From the NCBI GenBank assembly GCA_050633245.1, contig JBOEGD010000027.1:8339-72338 (forward strand): a stretch of 64,000 nt of DNA, written 5' to 3'. Below are positions 28,573 to 37,704 of this stretch, in pieces. The position numbers and the translations under genes were made by a program. Positions within the stretch are counted from its first letter, which is position 1, and each line of letters begins with the position of its first letter. The notes beneath the pieces were generated by a model. It ran no database searches. It saw nothing but the letters and a program-made list of their open reading frames with translations, and had not been told where the DNA came from. The stretch is from Calditrichia bacterium. GTDB lineage: Bacteria; Calditrichota; Calditrichia; RBG-13-44-9; J075.

Positions 28573-29889
28573 CTAATCATTCTCTAGTTTGGCATAGAGT
28601 TCATACTCGGACGCATCGTGTATCCTTACGTCGGCAAATTCGCCGATTTGTAGTGGACGCTCGAGCGCTTCAATAATGACCTCATTGTCGATTTCCGGAG
28701 AGTCTCCGACGGTCCTTCCATAGGCGGTCATATTCGACCAGTCAACATTATCCAGCAGAACGCGAAACGACTTGCCAATCTTCAACTGATTCTTATCATG
28801 AGAAATTCCCTGTTGAATTTCCATAAGCTCATTGTAGCGATCGACCTTTAATTCCGCATCGAGATCTTTCATTTCATAAGCGCTGGTACTTTCTTCATGC
28901 GAATACTGGAAGACGCCAACACGATCGAAGCGAAACTCTTGAATAAATGCTTTCAATGCCTCGAAATCGGCCTCAGTTTCGCCGGGATGCCCAACAATGA
29001 AGGTTGTCCTTAACGTTACGTCTGTAATCGTGTTACGGGCTTTTTCGAAGATATCCCAAATTCTCTGTGCTCGTCCGCCACGCTTCATAATTTTCAACAT
29101 TGAATCGGTAACGTGCTGCACCGGCATATCCAGATAGGGCACAATCTTTTTGCTGTGTCCCATCAGTTCAATCAGGCTATCCTGCACGGTTGTGGGATAA
29201 AGATAGTGCAATCGAATCCATTCAATACCAGCCACCTTTTCGAGCTCCTGCAGCAAATCAGTGATTTTCTGTGAGCCATATCGATCTATCCCATAAAAGG
29301 TGGTATCCTGAGAGATGATAATCAATTCTTTTACTCCGGATGCCGCAAGTTGTTTCGCTTCTGCAACAATATGTTGCATATCTCTGCTGCGAAAGCGCCC
29401 GCGCATCAACGGGATTGCGCAAAACGAGCAGGTATGATTGCACCCCTCTCCTATCTTCAAATAAGCAAAGTGCGCCGGCGTGGTCAACGTGCGGCGCTCG
29501 TAGAGGAACTCGGGAGATAGCTCTGGCGAATAGTCCAGAAACTTCAGAATACGAGAATAGTCTTCCGTGCCGAAAAATCCGTCAATAAGTGGCATTTCTT
29601 CCTGCAGCTGATCGCGATACCGTTCGGAAAGACATCCACAGACAACTACCTTGCGAGACGGGTCTTCTTTTTTTAATGCTTCTGCCTCAAGGATGGCGTC
29701 AACAGACTCTTGCTTTGCCAGTTCAATGAAGCCACAGGTGTTTACAATAATAACGTCTGCCTCTTCAGGCGACTCTACGATTTCAGCAGTACGCGCCTCA
29801 AGCTGTCCAATTAACACCTCTGAATCATAAGTGTTCTTTGAACAACCGAGCGTGGTAACATGAATACGCTTTATTTTGGAATCTGTCAT
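28573..29889 (-). CDS. rimO: Ribosomal protein S12 methylthiotransferase RimO
   Basis: TLGCSKN, VNTCGFI, radical-SAM CNHTCSFC, WIRLHYLYP and TRAM domain with SPEID. Confidence 0.95.
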   Translation of the reverse strand: MTDSKIKRIHVTTLGCSKNTYDSEVLIGQLEARTAEIVESPEEADVIIVNTCGFIELAKQESVDAILEAEALKKEDPSRKVVVCGCLSERYRDQLQEEMPLIDGFFGTEDYSRILKFLDYSPELSPEFLYERRTLTTPAHFAYLKIGEGCNHTCSFCAIPLMRGRFRSRDMQHIVAEAKQLAASGVKELIIISQDTTFYGIDRYGSQKITDLLQELEKVAGIEWIRLHYLYPTTVQDSLIELMGHSKKIVPYLDMPVQHVTDSMLKIMKRGGRAQRIWDIFEKARNTITDVTLRTTFIVGHPGETEADFEALKAFIQEFRFDRVGVFQYSHEESTSAYEMKDLDAELKVDRYNELMEIQQGISHDKNQLKIGKSFRVLLDNVDWSNMTAYGRTVGDSPEIDNEVIIEALERPLQIGEFADVRIHDASEYELYAKLEND

Positions 29890-29918
29890 AATCTCTCAGT
29901 GCGGGTTGTACGGCGTAA

Positions 29919-30854
29919 TTATACTGCTGTTTCCTTACTTCCGGAAAAAAGACTGCGGGCATATAACGAGGGGTCAAATGGCTGTAGATCGTCTACCTGC
30001 TCGCCAACACCGATATAATATACCGGAACTCCGAGCTGATGAGCAATACCTATTATCGATCCGCCTTTTGCGGTGCCATCCAGCTTGGTTAGAATGATTC
30101 CATCCAAACCAACGGCCTGCTTAAACTGTTCAGCTTGCTTAATAGCATTTTGTCCGGTAGTAGCATCCAACACCAATAAGTTAAGATGTGGTCCTTCCGG
30201 AAAGACTTTCTGTATGACGCGCTTAATCTTTTTCAATTCTTCCATCAAATTTACTTTGGTATGTAAACGCCCGGCGGTATCCACCATTACAATATCTACT
30301 TCTCTCGACCGCGCGGCCTGCATAGCATCGAATGCCACAGCACCGGGATCGGAACCAGACTGTTGCTTGATTAACTCAACGTCGATACGATCGGCCCATT
30401 CCTGCAATTGCTCGACCGCTGCTGCGCGAAAGGTGTCTGCGGCGGCAAGCAACACGCGCTTACCTTGTGCCTTATAGCGGGAGGCCAACTTGGCTGTCGA
30501 TGTGGTTTTGCCGGTGCCATTAACGCCGATCATCATCATAATATAAGGCTTTTCCGGTAACAGATCTTCAGAAAAGCGCTTTGGTGGGAACATACCCGCT
30601 ACTTCTTCAGCAAGTAGCTCCAGAAGCTGCTCAGAATCTTCACATCGCTCTTTCTTAACCCGTTCTTTAACCCGCTCCATCAAATTCATCGATGTGTTTA
30701 CACCCACGTCACTGCTAATCAAAACTTCTTCAATCTCTTCGAGAAGATCATCATCTATTTTACGGCCCGCTCCAACTACACCAGCCAATTTTCCAAATAC
30801 CTGCTCGCGGGTTTTAGCAATGCCTCTCTTTAACTTTTTAAATAGGTCTGCCAT
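29919..30854 (-). CDS. ftsY: Signal recognition particle receptor FtsY
   Basis: GVNGTGKTT, DTFRAAA, DTAGR and TKLDGTAKGG. Start set at the ATG at 30854, which has a GGAG RBS. Confidence 0.95.
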   Translation of the reverse strand: MADLFKKLKRGIAKTREQVFGKLAGVVGAGRKIDDDLLEEIEEVLISSDVGVNTSMNLMERVKERVKKERCEDSEQLLELLAEEVAGMFPPKRFSEDLLPEKPYIMMMIGVNGTGKTTSTAKLASRYKAQGKRVLLAAADTFRAAAVEQLQEWADRIDVELIKQQSGSDPGAVAFDAMQAARSREVDIVMVDTAGRLHTKVNLMEELKKIKRVIQKVFPEGPHLNLLVLDATTGQNAIKQAEQFKQAVGLDGIILTKLDGTAKGGSIIGIAHQLGVPVYYIGVGEQVDDLQPFDPSLYARSLFSGSKETAV

Positions 30855-30867
30855 AAATTCTCCAACA

Positions 30868-32073
30868 CTATGTGGATTGCTGCTGCGCCTCAAACGGTCG
30901 TAAGAACATGGCCTTACCGATTAGACTTGAGAGGATTACTGCAATCACAGATACAATAAACAATTCCTTACCGATATAGTTGACGCGAAACCCCAGCCAT
31001 AAGATGAGCAGCGTCAATTCACCGCGGGCAAAAACTCCCATTGCCAGCAGTTTTGCATAGCGCTGCTTCTTCAGAAAAATAAGGCCGAAAATCGTCGACA
31101 CCAATATAAGTCCGATCAGAATATAGGCTAAACTTGACCAGAAAAAAACATAGTCTTTCCAAAGCAGGATTAGAAGTTGCCCAATCTGGACAAATGGCAG
31201 GACATAAAGAAAGGATGAGAGTGCAAATGTCTGCTCTGCAACGTCGAAACGGTTCTCCCCGGCGAGGTTTCGAAAAACCATGCCCCCCCAAATTCCAACG
31301 AGTAAGACCGATACTCCCAGCTTCAGACATGCAAAAAGGAAAACGAAGAAGACACCAATTTTGAATACTGTTGTAAACTCACCAATCCATCGCTCAGTTG
31401 CATTATATAGCTTTGTCATCTTCTCAGGTATCAATAAAGGTAACAGAAAGAGTATCAAGATGAAGGTATAGACGGCGACATTTACAAGATTGGTACCATC
31501 ATAATCGCTCCAATACCGAACGAGATCCATACCTGTAAAAAACAGAATTGCAATCAAGTCTACCACAACAGCAGTTTGAATAAGATTCGTTATCGGGCGT
31601 TTTAGAGTTGGATTAAGCGGGAAATTCGATGTCAGCAGAGCACCAATATTTATACTCAAAAAAGCAATGATAAGAAGCGCTGTTGCCTGGAAGGATTGAT
31701 GCGTAAGCCCAAAGTAGCCAACCGTTCCCATAACAAGCACATTTAGCAATAAAAAAATAATTACCTGCGGCACAATACGCTCGCGATTAACACGAAAGAA
31801 CTTCAGGTCAAAACTAAACCCCATCTGCATTAAAAACAGGATCATTCCAAAATACGAAAGAAAAGCAACAAACTGATTGTCTACAAAATCGGGAACAGTC
31901 TTATAGCCAAACAGATGTGAATAAATAAGCACAACGCCACCCAAAACAACGCCGGTGAGAATATGAGCAATGAAGTCTGGCAATCGAAGGCGTCGCGAGG
32001 CTGACATGAGAAAACCATCCAGCGTATATGTCATAGCTAAATAAGCAAAAATCTGGATAAATTTAGCTTCCAT
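30868..32073 (-). CDS. Divergent CPA2-family cation:proton antiporter
   Basis: About 12 TM segments; LPDFIAHILTGVVLG, GMILFL..G, AVVVD and ARGE motifs. Confidence 0.6.
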   Translation of the reverse strand: MEAKFIQIFAYLAMTYTLDGFLMSASRRLRLPDFIAHILTGVVLGGVVLIYSHLFGYKTVPDFVDNQFVAFLSYFGMILFLMQMGFSFDLKFFRVNRERIVPQVIIFLLLNVLVMGTVGYFGLTHQSFQATALLIIAFLSINIGALLTSNFPLNPTLKRPITNLIQTAVVVDLIAILFFTGMDLVRYWSDYDGTNLVNVAVYTFILILFLLPLLIPEKMTKLYNATERWIGEFTTVFKIGVFFVFLFACLKLGVSVLLVGIWGGMVFRNLAGENRFDVAEQTFALSSFLYVLPFVQIGQLLILLWKDYVFFWSSLAYILIGLILVSTIFGLIFLKKQRYAKLLAMGVFARGELTLLILWLGFRVNYIGKELFIVSVIAVILSSLIGKAMFLRPFEAQQQST

Positions 32074-32167
32074 AGCTCTCTTCCATTAACTCGTTTTGCT
32101 TTAAAATAAGGATGAAATTAAAGCATTCTGCACGTAATATAAATGTCGACCTGTATCCGCCAGAGCT

Positions 32168-33124
32168 CTACTGACCCTTAAAATTAGGATAATCGTAATC
32201 GAATCGTCTTTTATAATAGTAGCGCGTCAGCACATATGCAGCGACAATCATCACCAAAAAGCCAGGGAATTTAATACAAATTCCTATTGAGAAGAAGAAG
32301 ATCCCCAGCTTTACGGCACGTACTGCCGGCGCCACTTTACCAGAAATTACTGCCGGAATTAGAAAAGGTAATGCTGTAACGCCCACCAGAAATAGCAGCG
32401 CATCCCTTAGCCAGGCTGCCGAAAGGATAGCCAGAACAAGACAGCCCAAACTATACCAGAGCGTTGCCTTCAAACCATAAACGACAGCTATCGTCTGTTT
32501 TCCCGTCTCCCGATCACCTTCCAGATCCGGCAATGTGGTGATAAGATAAAGTGCCGTATTATAAAACAGGTAGGGCAAAGAGGCATAAAGTCCCTCAAGG
32601 TCAAAAGGTCGAAAAGCTAACCAACCCATTACGAATACGCTCCATCCCATTCCCATATTTGCGATTAACCCGCGAATCGGGTAGTTCTTGAAGGCAAAAG
32701 GACGAAAATTATATACATAACCTGCCCAGAATAAAGAAAAGATGAGCATAAGTCCACTTGCTGTATTAAGCCACCAGGCAAGAACGATGCTTAAAGCCAG
32801 CAACAAAACGCTCTCGATGTAAGCATGTCGAACCGATACGCAACCTTTTCCAAGAATAAACAGCTTACTATTCAGCGTATCGCTTTCAATATCATGGATT
32901 TGGTTGAGGATAGCACCAGATCCCATTGCAAATGCCAGATAGGCTCCGGCATGAAGGAGTTTCTCCGGCGCACCGTGAATGGTCAGTCCATGTTCCAGAA
33001 TGGACGTTAGGTGCAGTTCGCCGCGGGCGGCAAGATATCCGGCCATCATAGTAGCCCAGCCGGGAAAGAATAAAATTGGTCTGGTCAGAAAAAGATAATC
33101 AAGAGCTCTTAAAATAGGCTGCAT
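32168..33124 (-). CDS. UbiA-family prenyltransferase
   Basis: Multi-TM; Asp-rich motifs NQIHDIESD and DLEGD...GKQT. Confidence 0.85.
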   Translation of the reverse strand: MQPILRALDYLFLTRPILFFPGWATMMAGYLAARGELHLTSILEHGLTIHGAPEKLLHAGAYLAFAMGSGAILNQIHDIESDTLNSKLFILGKGCVSVRHAYIESVLLLALSIVLAWWLNTASGLMLIFSLFWAGYVYNFRPFAFKNYPIRGLIANMGMGWSVFVMGWLAFRPFDLEGLYASLPYLFYNTALYLITTLPDLEGDRETGKQTIAVVYGLKATLWYSLGCLVLAILSAAWLRDALLFLVGVTALPFLIPAVISGKVAPAVRAVKLGIFFFSIGICIKFPGFLVMIVAAYVLTRYYYKRRFDYDYPNFKGQ

Positions 33125-33127
33125 CCT

Positions 33128-33601
33128 CTAAAACTTAATCTGCAACTGTAAGCCAACCGCATCGGGCGGCAACGGAACATCCATAGCACTTATTGAAATC
33201 GCAGTGTCGAATTGAAATAAGTAAGCATCGACATAAGCATCAACCAGCGTCAGAAAATACGTTATGCCCAGCAGCCAATTGGAGGCATTACGACGATTTC
33301 TGGCATTGCGACGCACATCATCCGGGAGCGCATCATCATTAAACTTGTTGTGAAAGTGCACTGAACGCCAGATCATCGCGCCATTTAGCGCCGCTACAAA
33401 CAGTGCTTTAGGATACGCCTCATTATATGCCTGTCCTAAGCCTGGCAGAACTGCACTACGCAGAACAGCCCCCATTGGAGATTTAATTGGCGTATCCGAG
33501 AGTAATTTTAGCGTGTCAACAGCCGTATGTTCATCTCTACCATCAATAGCGTAAAGCGAATGCGACGCGAGCAGACACAACAGTATAAACATGTATTTCA
33601 A
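33128..33601 (-). CDS. DUF5683-like membrane protein
   Basis: KSPMGAVLRSAVLPGLGQAYN and VDAYVDAYL. Confidence 0.7.
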   Translation of the reverse strand: MKYMFILLCLLASHSLYAIDGRDEHTAVDTLKLLSDTPIKSPMGAVLRSAVLPGLGQAYNEAYPKALFVAALNGAMIWRSVHFHNKFNDDALPDDVRRNARNRRNASNWLLGITYFLTLVDAYVDAYLFQFDTAISISAMDVPLPPDAVGLQLQIKF

Positions 33602-33617
33602 GATTGTCTCAATGCTT

Positions 33618-34502
33618 TTAAGTTTGAATATTATGAATAACCGTCAACGCTTTCGGATGCACCGTAATTTCAAGTAATTTTGCCGAATGATCGACCATTT
33701 CGCCATCGGCGTGCAGCGGGATACCACTATCAGACTCGATGACCATCTTTTCGCTCTGCACCAGATTTACCTGAGGTAAGTGAATATGAGTTCCCAAAAG
33801 CACCTTGATCAAATTACCAAGTATTTGCCTGGTCTTAAGGGCATCAAAAATACAGAAGTCGAGCAGTCCGTCATCAACTTTAGCACCGGGAGTAAGAAAA
33901 AATCCACCTCCCTGGCATTCCCCATTGCCGACTGAAATCATAAATACGTCTTTCTGCAAATCATAGCCGCTATATTTTATGCGAACAGGACGGTTTTTGA
34001 ATTGGCGCAGCGTTCTTAAGACAGCTAGAAGATAGATAAGAAATCCCCGTAACCAGCGTATTTTGTTCGCCTGCACAACTACATCGGCATCAAAACCTAT
34101 GCCTAGTCCGTTTGCAAACCAGGTGTTATTAACCTTTCCAAGATCTACCGCTTTGCGTCGATTTTCTTTAATCACGTTGATCGCATCGCTGATCTGGAGT
34201 GGCAAATTCAGCATCTTAACGAAATCGTTTCCAGATCCAATCGGCACAACCGCAAGGCTACTCTTTCCTCCGGCAAGTCCGTTAATTACCTCATGTACCG
34301 TGCCATCGCCACCTACAGCAATCACAATAGTATTGTTATTCTTGAATTCTGCTGCTGCACTCCTGGCTTCTCCCGCAGCAGAGGTCTCCGTATAGCTCAC
34401 CTCTCCAAGCACAGACCGAAGCGTGCTCAGAATTGTTTCTTTCTGCTTTCCGGCTTTTCCGCGTCCTGCTGCCGGATTAAGAATAACATGATAGTTCATC
34501 AA
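33618..34502 (-). CDS. Diacylglycerol/lipid kinase family (YegS/DgkB-like)
   Basis: NPAAG, GGDGTVHEV, GSGNDF and DDGLLD. Confidence 0.9.
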   Translation of the reverse strand: MMNYHVILNPAAGRGKAGKQKETILSTLRSVLGEVSYTETSAAGEARSAAAEFKNNNTIVIAVGGDGTVHEVINGLAGGKSSLAVVPIGSGNDFVKMLNLPLQISDAINVIKENRRKAVDLGKVNNTWFANGLGIGFDADVVVQANKIRWLRGFLIYLLAVLRTLRQFKNRPVRIKYSGYDLQKDVFMISVGNGECQGGGFFLTPGAKVDDGLLDFCIFDALKTRQILGNLIKVLLGTHIHLPQVNLVQSEKMVIESDSGIPLHADGEMVDHSAKLLEITVHPKALTVIHNIQT

Positions 34503-34504
34503 AA

Positions 34505-34888
34505 CTATTTAACAATCGCTATGCAGTCTATTTCAACGAGCACATCTTTTGGCAACCGGCTAACCTCAACCGTTGAGCGGGCAGGAGCGTTTTCTGCAAA
34601 GAAGGTTCCGTATACCGCATTTACGGCGGCAAAGTCATCCATGCTTTTCAAAAAGATTGTCGTTTTTACGACGTTATCGAAGCTACTGCCAGCCGCGGCA
34701 AGCACAGCTCCCAAATTCTTCATAACCTGATGCGCTTGCTCTTCAACGCTTCCATCGAGCAGCTGATTTGTGGACGGGTCAATAGCGATTTGACCTGCAG
34801 TATACACCATGCCACCGGCGCAAACGGCCTGATTATAAGGGCCTACCGGGTCTGGCGCATCATTTGTTTTTACAATTGTCTTCGACAT
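34505..34888 (-). CDS. ridA: RidA (YjgF/YER057c/UK114) reactive intermediate deaminase
   Basis: GPYNQA, AGQI and PARSTVEVSRLP...VEID. Confidence 0.9.
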   Translation of the reverse strand: MSKTIVKTNDAPDPVGPYNQAVCAGGMVYTAGQIAIDPSTNQLLDGSVEEQAHQVMKNLGAVLAAAGSSFDNVVKTTIFLKSMDDFAAVNAVYGTFFAENAPARSTVEVSRLPKDVLVEIDCIAIVK

Positions 34889-34927
34889 AGTCAGTCCATT
34901 TACATTTTTATTTAGCGTTTTAGTTAT

Positions 34928-35539
34928 TCACCCGAACAATAAATCGGGGTCTCCCCCGCCCTCTCGCAGAATCTCTATATCATTGCCGACTATCCGTACA
35001 ACCGTCGATTCAACGGCATCCGAGAGAATTCCTGCATCGAGCAACATATCCGCGGAAGCAACATATTCCATCGAAAAGTCGCCGTCTGGAATTTCCAAGG
35101 TCACTTCTTCGGTTGCAGATGAATTTACAATGGGATTGCCCAACCCTTCAATGAGGGCACGACAAACTTCGCTATTGGGAATTCGGATGCCGATCTGTTT
35201 CTTACGACTGAGCATCAGTTTCGGTATTTCTCTGGTTGCCTCGAGAATAATTGTATATGGCCCCGGCAGGCAACGTTTAAGAATCTTAAATACGAAGTTG
35301 TTAATCTTAACGTAATTCGATGCCTGCTGAATTGAAGCACACAACAGACTCATAGAGTCGGTTGGCGACTTTCCTTTCACGCGATACAGCTTTTCCAATG
35401 CTTTCTTATCATAGACATTGCATCCCATTCCATAGACAGTATCGGTTGGATAAATAATAATACCACCCTTTTCAAGAGCGCCAACTGCCTGGCCGATATG
35501 GCGAGCGTTGGGATTTGAGAGGTGTATCATATGTCTCAT
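34928..35539 (-). CDS. Sua5/YciO/YrdC-family (threonylcarbamoyl-AMP synthase-like) protein
   Basis: YPTDTVYG, LPGPYT and GIRIP. Start set at the ATG at 35539. Confidence 0.85.
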   Translation of the reverse strand: MRHMIHLSNPNARHIGQAVGALEKGGIIIYPTDTVYGMGCNVYDKKALEKLYRVKGKSPTDSMSLLCASIQQASNYVKINNFVFKILKRCLPGPYTIILEATREIPKLMLSRKKQIGIRIPNSEVCRALIEGLGNPIVNSSATEEVTLEIPDGDFSMEYVASADMLLDAGILSDAVESTVVRIVGNDIEILREGGGDPDLLFG

Positions 35540-35705
35540 TATGCTATCCCGGGATAGTGGAAAGCCAATATTGTTTACCTGAGTCCATCGGAATGTAAAC
35601 ATGCCAAATGTTTTCAAGCTAATTTATGAGAATCTTTTTTGGAGCGTTTGAAGGTAAGGGATTTCTAAAGAATTATCAATTGAAATCATAGGTAAGGAAA
35701 GCCCG

Positions 35706-36902
35706 CTATTCTGCGATAAGCGCATCAACAAGATGCTGCATTTCCAGATCAGATTTTCCCGTAAATAAGATGGTGGTGCCTTCCGTCTCATTTCGTTTCA
35801 GATGCGCAAGCACTTCAGCATGATTACCACAGGCCTCGTAAACAGCATCTTTTTTGTTTAGTCGTTTCATTCCCGCAATAATATGCCTGGCGTTCTCACC
35901 AAGTGTTACCACAGAGTCAATCGGTAGAGCGGCAACGTAATATCCCAGCTTTAGATGCGCTTCATCCGGGTGCGGTCCGGGCTTGTTCATGTCGCCTATC
36001 ACCAATGTAAGTTTGCGTGAGAACGGCTTAAATTGAACCAGTGACTCGCAGGCCTTCGTCACAGAGTTAAACGTTGCATCGTAGGTATAATCCAAAATAT
36101 AGTTCTGCTTATGTCTAAGCAAATTTCCCTTGCGACTATATAGGGAAAAGCGTTCCTGTAAACCCTGTTGAATTTGCTCAAAGGGCAATCCCATAAGTCG
36201 CGCAACCGCGATAGCAGTCAGTGCATTATATACGGCGGAGGAACTATAGATCGGCATGTGGAAGTGATAAAAATCGTTTACCTTGAATGCAATGCCATCC
36301 GGCCCGAGATAATCGATTGCACTTGCATAGAAGTGAGCGCTTTGGTTTAAACCAAATTTTACAACGCGAGACTCTGGTGCAAAGCGGGAAAGTGCGGTAA
36401 CCAGGTCGTCATCAATGTTTAGCACCGCATAACCGCTTCGAGGCAAGTAGCGCACCAATTCTTCTTTGGCATCGGCGATCGTATACTTGTCACCGAGATT
36501 GGCAAGATGTGATTCTCCGATGTTGGTTACCACCCCGATAGTAGGCTCGGCGATACGCACAACATTTTTGAACTGTTCGGGATTCACAATACCCAGTTCC
36601 AGCATGGCCAGCTCGTGTTCAGCTGAGAGCCGCAGTAATGTTGAGGTGACGCCCGAGGCGGTCGAACAATCAGGAGGGGTCTCAAGAATCGCTCGCTGCT
36701 CGCCAAAAATGGCCGAAATCATACGTTTAGTGATTGTCTTGCCTTCGGTGCCGGAAATGCCGACGACAGGAATGTTAAACTTTCGACGATGTTTTTTAAT
36801 CTTGCGCAAATTTAAACGCACATAGGCTTCAAATGCTTCCTCATCCTGAGCCAGCAGCGATATTTCGTCTAAATACAGCTGTTCGGTACGCTTTGAATTC
36901 AT
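35706..36902 (-). CDS. MurF-like Mur ligase lacking the N-terminal domain
   Basis: P-loop GISGTEGKT, LELG, VTNIGESHL and AKEEL...VLNIDD. Likely start is the ATG at 36902; the longer ORF overlaps the mqnA-like gene. Confidence 0.7.
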   Translation of the reverse strand: MNSKRTEQLYLDEISLLAQDEEAFEAYVRLNLRKIKKHRRKFNIPVVGISGTEGKTITKRMISAIFGEQRAILETPPDCSTASGVTSTLLRLSAEHELAMLELGIVNPEQFKNVVRIAEPTIGVVTNIGESHLANLGDKYTIADAKEELVRYLPRSGYAVLNIDDDLVTALSRFAPESRVVKFGLNQSAHFYASAIDYLGPDGIAFKVNDFYHFHMPIYSSSAVYNALTAIAVARLMGLPFEQIQQGLQERFSLYSRKGNLLRHKQNYILDYTYDATFNSVTKACESLVQFKPFSRKLTLVIGDMNKPGPHPDEAHLKLGYYVAALPIDSVVTLGENARHIIAGMKRLNKKDAVYEACGNHAEVLAHLKRNETEGTTILFTGKSDLEMQHLVDALIAE

Positions 36903-36918
36903 GAAGACACCTGAAGGT

Positions 36919-37704
36919 TTAAGAATCAATAAATGAAATGCCGGGAATATGTTCAATTGCGCCATAATAATACAAGTATTCGAAGAAGACGCGCAGCGAA
37001 TCCCAGCTAAAATCATCCGCTTCAGAAGCGTAGGAATATTCCAACAGAGTTTCCAGTACCGTCGCCTGTATCGGAGGATTCTCTTTGGCATAAGCATCAG
37101 CAGCGGGACGAATATATTGCGCCAGTTTGCTTGCCTTAAATTCGGGAAGATGTTGCTTTTCGGCAGAGTCATCGCGAACTGCCAAAACCAGATGGATGAA
37201 TGCTGCTTCTGTTTTGTCCGACCATTCTTCGCCAATATCCATCTGAGCCAAATCGGTTGCGGATAAAGCGAGGGCACGATCTCCTTCTACAAAGCAGGCC
37301 GAATGACTCTTCAACAAATCACTTATTTCAGATGACGAGTCGACTTCAACAAACTCACACTCAATATCATACACTTCATTTAACAGAATCGCTGCCAACA
37401 TCCGATACGGGCTATCGTCATCGAAGACGGCAATGGTTTCTATGGTCTGCATGTTCTCACGAAACATTAGCTGGGACGTCATCGTTGCACCATGACTGAT
37501 AAGTGCAGTTCGTGGATGCAAAGACAGATTCGAGCTACTTCGAGCAAAATCCAGCGGCGTAATAAAAGCGGCATCCAGTTTTCCCTCTGCGAGGTCCAAA
37601 CTGTTTTGCCGTGGCGACTGCATGGTAAATGAAAAGCCCTGCATCGCTTCAAAGGCCTTTGTAAGCGGTGCAGCAATCAACTGATCTGATAGCCCAATCT
37701 TCAT
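36919..37704 (-). CDS. Divergent MqnA/MqnD-family (chorismate dehydratase-like) protein
   Basis: LAEGKLDAAF, GDRAL and DIGEEW...FIH pattern of MqnA; the N-terminal YLN motif is absent. Confidence 0.6.
   Translation of the reverse strand: MKIGLSDQLIAAPLTKAFEAMQGFSFTMQSPRQNSLDLAEGKLDAAFITPLDFARSSSNLSLHPRTALISHGATMTSQLMFRENMQTIETIAVFDDDSPYRMLAAILLNEVYDIECEFVEVDSSSEISDLLKSHSACFVEGDRALALSATDLAQMDIGEEWSDKTEAAFIHLVLAVRDDSAEKQHLPEFKASKLAQYIRPAADAYAKENPPIQATVLETLLEYSYASEADDFSWDSLRVFFEYLYYYGAIEHIPGISFIDS

Noticed and set aside
36903-37277. Upstream extension of the MurF-like ORF as the missing N-terminal domain or a frameshift fusion
   Set aside because: It overlaps the MqnA-like gene in another frame and its translation shows no Mur-like features.
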